From assembly GCA_002352345.1 (NCBI GenBank), contig DEIG01000016.1, forward strand, positions 7,419 to 71,418: a stretch of DNA of 64,000 bases. The letters run 5' to 3'. The position numbers and the translations under genes are program-made. Source of the stretch: Methylococcaceae bacterium UBA2780. Lineage in GTDB: Bacteria > Pseudomonadota > Gammaproteobacteria > Methylococcales > UBA2780. The notes beneath the pieces are model-generated. The model searched no databases. It was not told the DNA's origin and saw only the letters and a list, made by a program, of their open reading frames with translations. This document shows positions 38,501-49,551 of this stretch, in pieces (the stretch's first letter is position 1; every line of letters begins with the position of its first letter).

Positions 38501-38561
38501 GTACGACAACTAGGAGTACTAGCAGACGCTGAGTCAACGAGAACTTTATCAGGTTGCCCAT
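35502..38561 (-). CDS. heavy-metal efflux RND pump (CzcA/CusA family)
   Basis: 1019 aa with 12-TM RND architecture. The N-terminus (FSLTQRLLVL...IPIDAFPDVSPTQV) and GMLVDGAVVVVEN are typical of the HME-RND family. Confidence 0.9.
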   Translation of the reverse strand: MGNLIKFSLTQRLLVLLVVVLLTGGGYYAVKQIPIDAFPDVSPTQVKVIIKSPGMTPEEIEARITAPIEVELLGIPKQVMLRSIAKYALTDITVDFEEGTDIYWARQQVSERLNGVWGDLPEGIDGGIAPMTTPLGEMFMFTIEGGGLGLMERRNLLDWVIRPALRTVQGVADVNALGGFVRSFEIIPDNNRMSARGISTQQLIEAIQKNNRNDGAGRIIEGEEALLVRSEGQIKTIDQLKSVVVRGGQETLPITVSDIAEVRIGSMTRYGAVTQNGDSETVQGLVLGLRGANAGKLVEGVKGKLAEISPGLPDGVTVEVFYDRGNLVTRAVNTVSKALLEAIVLVVILLILFLGNIRAAIVVALSLPLAALFTFILMNQFHLSANLMSLGGLAIAIGMLVDGAVVVVENITSQLADKEKAAHFPRLHMIYRAVREVAAPVTSGILIIIIVFLPLLTLQGLEGKLFTPVALTIVFALGGSLLMSLTVIPVIASYLLKDVSHEEPWLPRKLSSLYRPVLAWCMLHARQVIISALFLLVVTALVYTQIGKTFMPQMDEGDIIVQLEKLPSISLEQSAELDMRVQKVILENIPEVNRIVARAGSDELGLDPMGLNETDSFFVLKPQEDWRVESKEALIDEIRKVLDEVPGVSYGFTQPIQMRVSEMLTGVRGDVAIKLYGNDMSLLNSNASKIAGVVKKISGASDVFTSQNEGMQYLQLSIDHLAAGRMGLDVDALEQILRSQIEGLRLGTIQEGIQRTPLIVRSQATAEGINSLSITLPGGYQIPLSAVAKLERVEGVVSVARERGQRFVVIRSNVQGRDLVGFVEEARQAVTDSIELPTGYFVEWSGQFENQQRAAKRLSLVIPVALGLIFLLLFTTFGSVRQAILVLSNIPLALIGGVFALWVSGEYLSVPASVGFIALLGIAVLNGVVMVSYFNQLRDRGVDMAKVVIEGSMRRLRPVMMTATIAAFGLLPLLFATGPGSEIQRPLAIVVIGGLITSTLLTLILLPILYKRYGEPENA

Positions 38562-39661
38562 TATTCAGCCTCGCCCATTTCTAACCAAAGCAATTTGAGC
38601 GCGGCTGTCCCCTTTATAACCAACTGGTCATTGGCGCTAACGCCACTTTCCAACACCGTACCGGCTGAGTCATGACCTGCCGTGATAACCTTTCTAACTT
38701 CAAAGCCGGTAGCCGTTCTCGCGAACAGGAAACTGCCTTTTCCACTGCGAAAAACCGAAGCAGCAGGAACACGGTAAAGAGAATGGGGCGTCTGTTTAAA
38801 CAACTGAACCGAAACATTTTGTCCAGGCCTCAACACTTCTGGATTTTCATCAATCACAGCTCTGACGAGAACACTTTGACTTTCGATGTCTACATTTCGC
38901 CCAATTAGGATTATTTTTCCTTGAAGGCCATTTTTTTCAATTTCAATATGATCTCCAATAGATATCTCAGATAATTTTTCTTGAGGAACAGCAAGTTCAA
39001 CGTAAAGCTTCTTTAGACTGGCAACTCGAAAAACGGGCACCAACTTTTCAACTCGTTGGCCGGCCAGCATTTTGGTTTCAAGAATTACACCATCAATAGG
39101 TGATAATAGTTTCAGATAACTGTGTAAATTATGCTTCCTCGTGAGTTGAGAAAGTTCAGCCTCAGACATGCCAGTCATTCTAAGTAATTGTTTATGTTCT
39201 TTATATAACATATTGTATTTATTGAATTTGACTCTTGTTTCAATAAGACGATGTTTAGATATGACACCTTCCTTAAAAAGCATTTCATCATGTTCTAAGC
39301 GCATGGCACTCATTTCCTGTTCACTGAGTGCTGAAAGAAAATCGCGCTGCAACTCAAGGAAACCTGGACTAAAAAGGCGCGCAAGTAACTGGCCTTTTTG
39401 GACAGATTCCCCTGATGAAACTTCAATTCTGTCTATTAATCCTGCGTGAGAGGTACTAACGATAAAATCTAGCGATGGGGGAATTGAAATTTTTGCAGGC
39501 GCTCTAAATAAAGGGCTCTTTATGACTATTTCGGGTTTTGCCAGCTGTATACCTAAGTTATCAATCTGCTGTGGGTTAACAAACAGCTGATCCGCTGAAA
39601 ATACAGGTGCACTCATCAAGGTGATTAAAATTGAAGAGGTTTTAAGAATTCTATTTTTCAT
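38561..39661 (-). CDS. RND efflux membrane fusion (periplasmic adaptor) protein
   Basis: 366 aa with a signal peptide and a lipoyl/beta-barrel adaptor pattern. Overlaps czcA by 1 nt (TAATG) and the outer-membrane factor gene by 4 nt. Confidence 0.8.
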   Translation of the reverse strand: MKNRILKTSSILITLMSAPVFSADQLFVNPQQIDNLGIQLAKPEIVIKSPLFRAPAKISIPPSLDFIVSTSHAGLIDRIEVSSGESVQKGQLLARLFSPGFLELQRDFLSALSEQEMSAMRLEHDEMLFKEGVISKHRLIETRVKFNKYNMLYKEHKQLLRMTGMSEAELSQLTRKHNLHSYLKLLSPIDGVILETKMLAGQRVEKLVPVFRVASLKKLYVELAVPQEKLSEISIGDHIEIEKNGLQGKIILIGRNVDIESQSVLVRAVIDENPEVLRPGQNVSVQLFKQTPHSLYRVPAASVFRSGKGSFLFARTATGFEVRKVITAGHDSAGTVLESGVSANDQLVIKGTAALKLLWLEMGEAE

Positions 39662-40932
39662 AAAAAGACTCCTGCCGCCTGATTATGGCGAGCTATATCA
39701 TGCTGCAGTACGATTTTCTGTTTGGCCGCTTGCAAAGCAGCCTGCTGAGAAATTTCCTGAATTTTTAGCAAATCAATCAGCGTAATCTCACCCGTTTGAA
39801 AACCGAGATTACTCATTTTTAGGTGTTTTTGAGCAATCTCGTTGCGAGCTTTCGCTAGCTTCAGTGTCCTGCGATCCATTTCGACTCGTTGAGCTATCGC
39901 ATACAGGTTTTGATTTAAGTTTCTCGACAACAATACATACTCACCTTTTGCCTGAATCAACTGACTATTAATCGCTGCAATTGCGGGCTCTTTATGCACA
40001 CTTCCACCAAAAGGAATGTTGATCGTTGCACCTAAACTATCAACAGAACCAGTTTGCCGGTCTGATCTCTCATTACGCACTCCTAATGTTAATAGCGGCT
40101 GCCCAGAACCACTTGCGCGAACCCAGTTCAATTGGGCTTCTAATTGTTTTATCTGGTCAGTTTTTAATGCTAAGAGAGGGTGGTGTTCACCTATTTTACC
40201 TGCACCATTCAGCCGTTCATCGATTTCAGCAGGTAGGTAGTCATAGCTAGTAAGATCTCTATATTGCCTTCGCGCAACCTCAAGTTGAGTGGTGGCCTCT
40301 TCTAATGAAGCCTGTTTCGTCATCAGGTCACTTTCAGCTAACAGCAAGTCGGCCTTTGCCAACCCCCCTAACTCAACACGACGGCGAACAGTCGTAACCA
40401 ATTTTGCAGAAACCTTGTGATTTTCGTAGCTAAACAGCATTTCGTTTTGCTTAAGGCGTAAGCTCCAAATTGCTGAACGCAGTAAACCAGCTACTTTGTA
40501 TTGCAAATGAACCATGTAAGAAGCTGCTTTTTCGCGTGCTGTTACCCCCAACCTTTTCCCAGCGCTTCGTTGCCCCCAACGCCAAAGTGGTAATTGGAGT
40601 CCAGCTTCATACTCTTCAAGGCCAATATTATTGTTAGCATCGTCATTTTGATAACGTAATGACAACGCAGGTGCATTCGCAATAAGGCTATCCCCGCGCT
40701 CTTTAAGAGCGACAGCTTCATACTCTAATGCGGCGTGCTGCTGTAATAGAGGAAATCTTTTTATAGACTGCTGGAAAATATGCCTCATTGTTAAGCCTTG
40801 ATCGCCATTAAAAGCCGATTTGGTGGCAAATTCTGCCGTACTCAATGCATTAGCTGAAAAAGCAATTAAAGCAACACAACCCAGTGTGGGCATCATTTTA
40901 TTCATTAGTAACTCCGGTTGAGCCTGTTGCAT
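39658..40932 (-). CDS. TolC-family outer membrane efflux protein (CzcC-like)
   Basis: 424 aa with a signal-peptide-like N-terminus and two OEP-type coiled repeats. First gene of the C-B-A operon. The true start may be the internal MNKMMPTLG. Confidence 0.8.
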   Translation of the reverse strand: MQQAQPELLMNKMMPTLGCVALIAFSANALSTAEFATKSAFNGDQGLTMRHIFQQSIKRFPLLQQHAALEYEAVALKERGDSLIANAPALSLRYQNDDANNNIGLEEYEAGLQLPLWRWGQRSAGKRLGVTAREKAASYMVHLQYKVAGLLRSAIWSLRLKQNEMLFSYENHKVSAKLVTTVRRRVELGGLAKADLLLAESDLMTKQASLEEATTQLEVARRQYRDLTSYDYLPAEIDERLNGAGKIGEHHPLLALKTDQIKQLEAQLNWVRASGSGQPLLTLGVRNERSDRQTGSVDSLGATINIPFGGSVHKEPAIAAINSQLIQAKGEYVLLSRNLNQNLYAIAQRVEMDRRTLKLAKARNEIAQKHLKMSNLGFQTGEITLIDLLKIQEISQQAALQAAKQKIVLQHDIARHNQAAGVFL

Positions 40933-40993
40933 TACAACAAACTAACGGAAAAAACAGGTATGAAGCCAGAATCAGGCTTCGTATATAGTTTTA

Positions 40994-41398
40994 CTAAGTT
41001 GAAAAAACAGCGGGTGGAGCGCGTTCTGGAGGGGATAGAGTGGCTACTGCAAACAAAAAGGAATCAAGTTTAACGAAAGACTCTATTCTAGAATTAGATT
41101 GAAATGATAACGATGATATAGCTTGTGAAGGCGCTGAATCGAATGGAGATCGAAAATTTTTGCTATGCCCTGTCACAATACTGACAGCCATTGCCTCGCC
41201 TCTGATAGTGGCGCTGGCAGTTATACTTTTATCTTTAGCTGCTTTTGCGGTCTGATTTGTTTCAGTTAAGTGAATATGTAAACCAGTCGCGCGCTCATCA
41301 ACTCCTGCATGCCCATGAACCAGTGGGGCAATTAACTGCATCAGTACAAGTATAAAAACAAGTGATGCTTTAGAAGTGGTTTTCAAATCAAGGTGCAT
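40994..41398 (-). CDS. hypothetical secreted or anchored protein upstream of czcC
   Basis: 134-aa ORF with an N-terminal hydrophobic segment followed by HGHAGVDERATGLHIHL. No family recognised, so its coding status is uncertain. Confidence 0.35.
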   Translation of the reverse strand: MHLDLKTTSKASLVFILVLMQLIAPLVHGHAGVDERATGLHIHLTETNQTAKAAKDKSITASATIRGEAMAVSIVTGHSKNFRSPFDSAPSQAISSLSFQSNSRIESFVKLDSFLFAVATLSPPERAPPAVFST

Positions 41399-41457
41399 TA
41401 TAAACTGCTAATAAGCTAAAGTTTCTAGCATGTTAACACCTTAACATTAAATGGCCC

Positions 41458-41491
41458 TTAAAAAATAAGCGCACCTTAGTTGCCGCTTATT
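41458..41491 (-). terminator. intrinsic terminator after the GGDEF gene
   Basis: Minus strand: 8-bp stem AATAAGCG / CGCTTATT with a 12-nt loop, followed by TTTTTTAAGGG. Confidence 0.6.
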
Positions 41492-41533
41492 TAAAATTAG
41501 GAAATAAAATGGCACACCAATGGCATGAGCTCG

Positions 41534-42673
41534 TTAGGCCTTTTTCAGCGCCTTATTACCAAGATGCTCGCCCTGATTTGAAACTTGGTTGCGCCCTGCC
41601 TCTTTGGCGGCATACAGCCCTTGATCAGCAAGCTGAATCAGTTCGGCAGGCGTTATTGAAAGGGTTTTGCTTTGTGACGCAGGGTTATAGGTGGAGACAC
41701 CAATAGAAATTGTAACTTTTAATTTTTGCTCTGGCGTGCACTCAAAAACCTGAGCCTCTACTGCAGCACGAATCCGCTCCGCAACCTCTACCGCTTTGCT
41801 ATTTGAGGCATTTGATAATAAAACAACGAACTCTTCACCTCCATAGCGGGCAAGAATGTCATTATTTCTGAGCTGATTTTTTATTTCTGCCGCGGACTCA
41901 ACAAGAACACAATCACCCGCCTGATGACCCTGCTGATCATTCACTTTTTTGAAATGATCTATATCCAAAAAAAGGCATGAAAGCGGGTCATCACTTCTTG
42001 CAGCTCTGTCGATCTCTTCTCCAATGCGCTGATCGAAAAAACGTCTGTTGTTAATACCGGTAAGTGGATCAACAAAGCTTGTTCGCTTCAGCATTTCAAA
42101 ATTGAGTGTGTTTTCGAGGCAAACACTCAATATGTCGGAGAGCCTTTTAAGGAAATCCGTCGCCATTTGCATTGAAAAACGCTGCTTGTCTAAGCTCCCT
42201 AAGCTTAAAGCACCGAGGTATTTACCCCTGCGTATCAAGGGCATGATGGCAACAGATGCAGGAACCTCTTTTTCCACTGCAGGAAAAAAGAGCGCACATC
42301 TTTTTTTATCGTAATCGCCGAGAAAGTGACGTCCAACTTTGCCAAACTGTTTTTCAAGAGGCTGACTTTGATTAATCAGCACTAGCCCTGGTGTTTTATC
42401 TACACGTAGTCCCTCTTCTTCGAGGAAATCTCTGATTTCATTTTTCTCGTCGATGATACAAAAACTGACAAAATCAAGATCAAATACAGTTTGCGTATCG
42501 TCTAGTACATGCTCAATCAGCTCGTAAAGAGAGTTTAGCGTGAGTAAATTTGTTTCGAGCAGCTGAAAACGATGAAGTTTTGTTTCATTTTGTTTGATGC
42601 ACCCCATCAAGGAATCGACGTGACTCTGTAGAACCCTTAATTCTGTATGCAAATCATCCATGTTGCTGCTCAT
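41534..42673 (-). CDS. sensor diguanylate cyclase (GAF/DUF484-like N-terminal domain plus GGDEF)
   Basis: DPLTGINNRRFF, DIDHFKKVND, I-site RNND five residues upstream of RYGGEEF, YAAKEAGRNQ. Confidence 0.85.
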   Translation of the reverse strand: MSSNMDDLHTELRVLQSHVDSLMGCIKQNETKLHRFQLLETNLLTLNSLYELIEHVLDDTQTVFDLDFVSFCIIDEKNEIRDFLEEEGLRVDKTPGLVLINQSQPLEKQFGKVGRHFLGDYDKKRCALFFPAVEKEVPASVAIMPLIRRGKYLGALSLGSLDKQRFSMQMATDFLKRLSDILSVCLENTLNFEMLKRTSFVDPLTGINNRRFFDQRIGEEIDRAARSDDPLSCLFLDIDHFKKVNDQQGHQAGDCVLVESAAEIKNQLRNNDILARYGGEEFVVLLSNASNSKAVEVAERIRAAVEAQVFECTPEQKLKVTISIGVSTYNPASQSKTLSITPAELIQLADQGLYAAKEAGRNQVSNQGEHLGNKALKKA

Positions 42674-42703
42674 CTATCTTTGTCCGTTTAGTTTAATATG
42701 CTG

Positions 42704-45402
<2,699 letters not shown>

Positions 45403-45407
45403 AATCT

Positions 45408-48400
45408 TTATAACTCGGCAAGTTTAACGGCTTCTTCGATGTCAACGGAGACCATTCTGGATATCCCCGGTTCGCTCATTGTAACGCCCGCAAGGTGCTG
45501 AGCAATCTCCATTGTTGTCTTATTGTGTGAAATAAATAGAAATTGAACGCAGCTAGACATCTCTTTTACCAGTTCACTAAAGCGGCTTACATTAGCATCA
45601 TCAAGCGGGGCATCAACCTCATCAAGCAGACAAAATGGGGCTGGGTTAAGGTCAAAAATAGAAAAGACCAGCGCCACAGCTGTTAATGCCTTTTCTCCAC
45701 CAGAAAGCAGATGAATTGAGCTATTCCGCTTACCAGGGGGAGAAGCCATCACCGAGACCCCCGTTGAAAGTAGGTCTTGATCATCCAGAGATAAATAGGC
45801 ACGGCCACCCCCAAAAAGTTTGGGGAACCGTTGCTGAAAACCATTATTCACCTTTTCAAATGTCTCTTTAAAAAGTGCTTTTGTTTCTCGATCTATTTTG
45901 CTGATTGCCTGCTCAAGCATTGAGAGTGATTCGTTTAAATCTCTATCTTGCTCACCTAGGTATTTCATGCGTTCAAAGAGCGCCTCATGCTCCTCAATTG
46001 CTGCAAGATTAATGGTTCCAAGTCGTCCGATTTTTTGTGATAAATACTCAATATGCGACTGCCATTCTGGCTCATTGGCCCTATTTTCCATAGCATCAAG
46101 CACATCATAAAGATCAGCACCCTGCTCTTTTAGTTGCTGAACTGCCGTATCTCGGTGAACGACCATCCCCTCTTGTGCAATGCGCGCTTTCTCTAAAGTC
46201 TCTCTTTTATGGTTTAGCTCTGATTCCAAGCGGGCTCTTTTTTCATTGCTTTCACGAATGCTATTTTCAATAACAGATAGCTCTCTACGTGTCTGCTGGA
46301 GAGACAGTTCAATCTCCATTTTTTTCTGCATTTGCGCTCGATGACTCTTTTCTTGCTCAGCTATCAGTTGCTCAGATTCAGCATCAGGCTGCTTTATCCC
46401 GGCTATCCTCTCTTTAACTTGCCCGAGCAAAACCTCTGTACGTCCGATATTAATGACACTAAAACGTTCATTTGATTTTATTGAATCAAGGCGTGAAGAG
46501 AGTTGGTGCAGCCTGTCGCTTGATTCTTTCGCTTGCCGGTTTACCTCTTCCAGTCCTGTTTTTAACCTGTCTCTTTCGCTTGCTAGCTGCTCTTTTTTAA
46601 GATCAAAACTGGCTATTTTTAGCTCTGATTCTTTTATAAGAGCAAGTGATTCTTGCTGTTCTTTGTGAATTCTCGATTCTTCTTGCTCCATTTCCTGAAA
46701 TTCTTGCTGAATCTTTTCTCTGCGCTGATTATTTTGTTCAAAGCGAGTTATCAGAGTAGCGAGTTTTGCTTTCTTAGATGATAGCAAGCTAAAGGTTTGG
46801 TTCTGTTTTGAACGAAGTGTACTTTGCTCATTTTCAGCCTCTTTTAGCTTTATTAGGGTCTCTTTTAAGGATTGAGAGCCCTCCTCACTCACTTTAATCA
46901 GCTCTATCTCATCTTTTCGTAACTGCTTAAGCTCTTTTTCTTTCTGTAATAGCCCTGATTTAGCACCTTTTTCACCCGCCTTGAGTAACCAACCAGGCCC
47001 CATCCAAACACCCTCAGCAGTGATAATTGATTCATGGCTTTGTAACTTGTTAATTTGTTTGTGAGCAGAATTGATATCATCTGCGCAGTAAACAGCGCCT
47101 AGAAGGCCATCAAGAGACCAAGGTGAATTAATTTTGCTGGTTAATCGTTGTTTATCTGATAATGCACTTACTGGTGAAGCCACCTTATCAATCAGGGCAA
47201 CACCCTCGTTTGACAAGTGCTCTAGTTGACTTAAAAACGGCTTGTGTGAATCGATACAAATAGCCTCAATAAATTCTGAAAGAACCATTTCTACAGCGCT
47301 CTCCCAGCCATTTTCTACCTCAATCTGTTCAAACAGCCTTTGTGCTTCACTTAGACCTTGCTCTTTCAGCCAGTTTGTCCGTTCATCTCGGTCACGACCT
47401 GTTGCATGTTCGATGATTTTTTCAAGCGCTACAATTTTCCCTTTTAGCGCCTGAAGTTCTGTTCTTGTTTTGTTGGTGTCTCGGCTAAGGTGCTGGTTTA
47501 AGTCACGGCCAAGCGTGATCTCATTCCCAATCCTGTCAAGCTGCTGCTGCACTTGGTGGTTTTGGAGATCCAGTTGATCAATTTCAGCTTGAAAACCATC
47601 AAGTAGCTCTTGACTCTCTTCCTTGTTATTTAACTCAAAGCGCTCCTCATCTAGCCGCATTCTCCTTTTAAGCAACTGCTTCTGTTGTTGTTCTAAAAAA
47701 CGTACTCGAGCCTGATCTGTTTTTAGTTGCTCTTTCGGTTCAGAAGCTTTGTTGATAAATTGCTCCCACTTCGATTGCCAAGCATGGTTACGTTCTGCCA
47801 TCTCTTTTTGCGCAACAACCGCTAAACCCTCTTCTGCTCGAATCTCTTTGTACTTAGCTTCTAATTCTGCTTTTTGTTCTTGTAGTTCGGCTATCTGTCT
47901 GTTGTCTTTATCAAGGCTAATTAAATAACCTGACTGCTCTTCAGATGCTCTTAAAAATTCAACCTCTGCCTGTTTTTGAACTGATTGCCTATGTCTAATA
48001 TCTTGCTCAATTCGGGCTATCTCTGAACCCAGCTCATAAAACTTTGCCTGAATAACATTTACATTTGTTTGGCCGGCGCTATAGCGTTCTCTAGCCGCTT
48101 CAGTCTGCTTATCTAACTGCTGCTGCTCTGTGATCGCTTTTTCCAGAGCGCTCTGTTGGTTTAGTGTTTCTAACTTCTGGTCCTGTAATTGAAGATCGAA
48201 CTTTTGCCAGCGAAGTGCCTGTAATTCACGCTTATATATCCGCTCTTCAGATCTCAGCTGCTTATAGCGTTCTGCGGTTTTAGCTTGCCGTTTCAGTCGC
48301 TCTATCTGTTTAGAAAGCTCTTCCCTAAGATCGGTTAAGCGCTCGAGGTTTTCGCGCGTATGGCGCATTCTAATTTCCGTTTCATGCCGCCGCTCTTTAT

Positions 48401-48917
48401 ATTTTGAAACGCCTGCTGCCTCTTCAAGAAAAATGCGTAAATCTTCTGGTTTAGCCTCAATCAGACGTGAAATCATGCCCTGTTCAATAATGGCGTAACT
48501 TCTGGGACCTAGGCCAGTCCCGAGGAAAATATCTGTAATATCGCGGCGGCGACATTTTGAGCCATTTAGAAAATAGCTAGACTGTCCATCTCGTGTAACC
48601 TGGCGCTTAATTGAAAGCTGGCTATATTTTGCATACTCCCCACCAATTGTACCGTCATCATTATCAAAAACCAGTTCCACAGAGGCTTTGCTTATCGGTT
48701 TTCTAGATGTGGAACCGTTGAAGATGACATCAGCCATTGACCCACCACGCAGGTTCTTTGCTGAGCTTTCACCCATAACCCAACGAACCGCATCAATGAT
48801 ATTTGATTTCCCACAACCATTGGGGCCAACAATCCCAACTAAATTAACCGGCAACGGAATCGTTGTCGGCTCAACAAAAGTCTTAAATCCTGATAACTTT
48901 ATTTTTTCCAGACGCAT
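45408..48917 (-). CDS. smc: chromosome segregation protein SMC
   Basis: 1169 aa. Walker A GPNGCGKSN, long coiled coils, a central hinge, signature LSGGEKALTA and Walker B LLDEVDAPLD. Confidence 0.9.
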   Translation of the reverse strand: MRLEKIKLSGFKTFVEPTTIPLPVNLVGIVGPNGCGKSNIIDAVRWVMGESSAKNLRGGSMADVIFNGSTSRKPISKASVELVFDNDDGTIGGEYAKYSQLSIKRQVTRDGQSSYFLNGSKCRRRDITDIFLGTGLGPRSYAIIEQGMISRLIEAKPEDLRIFLEEAAGVSKYKERRHETEIRMRHTRENLERLTDLREELSKQIERLKRQAKTAERYKQLRSEERIYKRELQALRWQKFDLQLQDQKLETLNQQSALEKAITEQQQLDKQTEAARERYSAGQTNVNVIQAKFYELGSEIARIEQDIRHRQSVQKQAEVEFLRASEEQSGYLISLDKDNRQIAELQEQKAELEAKYKEIRAEEGLAVVAQKEMAERNHAWQSKWEQFINKASEPKEQLKTDQARVRFLEQQQKQLLKRRMRLDEERFELNNKEESQELLDGFQAEIDQLDLQNHQVQQQLDRIGNEITLGRDLNQHLSRDTNKTRTELQALKGKIVALEKIIEHATGRDRDERTNWLKEQGLSEAQRLFEQIEVENGWESAVEMVLSEFIEAICIDSHKPFLSQLEHLSNEGVALIDKVASPVSALSDKQRLTSKINSPWSLDGLLGAVYCADDINSAHKQINKLQSHESIITAEGVWMGPGWLLKAGEKGAKSGLLQKEKELKQLRKDEIELIKVSEEGSQSLKETLIKLKEAENEQSTLRSKQNQTFSLLSSKKAKLATLITRFEQNNQRREKIQQEFQEMEQEESRIHKEQQESLALIKESELKIASFDLKKEQLASERDRLKTGLEEVNRQAKESSDRLHQLSSRLDSIKSNERFSVINIGRTEVLLGQVKERIAGIKQPDAESEQLIAEQEKSHRAQMQKKMEIELSLQQTRRELSVIENSIRESNEKRARLESELNHKRETLEKARIAQEGMVVHRDTAVQQLKEQGADLYDVLDAMENRANEPEWQSHIEYLSQKIGRLGTINLAAIEEHEALFERMKYLGEQDRDLNESLSMLEQAISKIDRETKALFKETFEKVNNGFQQRFPKLFGGGRAYLSLDDQDLLSTGVSVMASPPGKRNSSIHLLSGGEKALTAVALVFSIFDLNPAPFCLLDEVDAPLDDANVSRFSELVKEMSSCVQFLFISHNKTTMEIAQHLAGVTMSEPGISRMVSVDIEEAVKLAEL

Positions 48918-49105
48918 AGCTGTTAAAATACCGAGATAATCAGAAGAGAGTTGTAAATTTCAATCACCGCAAAATGATAAACAAGGTCAATACAACGCCC
49001 TATCTATCTGATATTTAATTGAATATAAAGATTAAATTCCTACGAATTTATGCTTAATTGCAAGCAATAAAACCATTCTTTAATTGTACTCATAAGTGAA
49101 TCAAT

Positions 49106-49495
49106 ATGCCTTCATTACCTAGCAAAAATTTAGAAACTTTTATCAACCCTCAAATTGAACGTGACTACACAATCAGAATCGATGTCCCAGAGTTCAGCTG
49201 CCTTTGCCCTAAAACAGGCCAGCCTGACTTTGCTACGATCAAAGTTGAATATGTGCCAAATCAATCATGCGTTGAACTGAAAGCTCTAAAGCTCTACATC
49301 TGGTCATTTCGTGATGAAGGCGCTTTTCACGAGGCAGTGACCAATCAGATTATTGAGGATTTAGTTTCCGCATGCGACCCCTATTTCATGCGTGTTACTG
49401 CCGACTTTAACGTCCGAGGTGGGATTTACACATCGGTTGTTGTTGAACACAGGGACCCTGAATGGGTTGCTCCAACTCCTGTTACGCTGCCATAA
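49106..49495 (+). CDS. queF: NADPH-dependent 7-cyano-7-deazaguanine reductase (unimodular type)
   Basis: The [17 protein letters not shown] catalytic Cys motif and [15 protein letters not shown] are diagnostic of QueF. Confidence 0.9.
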   Translation: MPSLPSKNLETFINPQIERDYTIRIDVPEFSCLCPKTGQPDFATIKVEYVPNQSCVELKALKLYIWSFRDEGAFHEAVTNQIIEDLVSACDPYFMRVTADFNVRGGIYTSVVVEHRDPEWVAPTPVTLP

Positions 49496-49551
49496 CAAGC
49501 TGTATTTTCTGCTATATTTTGTGTTGTATTAAATACTAATTGGTCATAAAA

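Noticed and set aside
45408-48917. SMC-like ATPase considered as part of a defence system (Wadjet/Lamassu-type).
   Set aside because: The full-length 1169-aa protein in the conserved smc-zipA-ligA housekeeping arrangement identifies it as the chromosomal condensin, and there are no JetABCD-like or Lmu-like partners.
48918-49105. Possible preQ1 riboswitch upstream of queF.
   Set aside because: I could not find the small hairpin plus A-rich tail characteristic of preQ1-I/II in the 188-nt divergent spacer. The region looks like ordinary AT-rich promoter DNA shared with smc.
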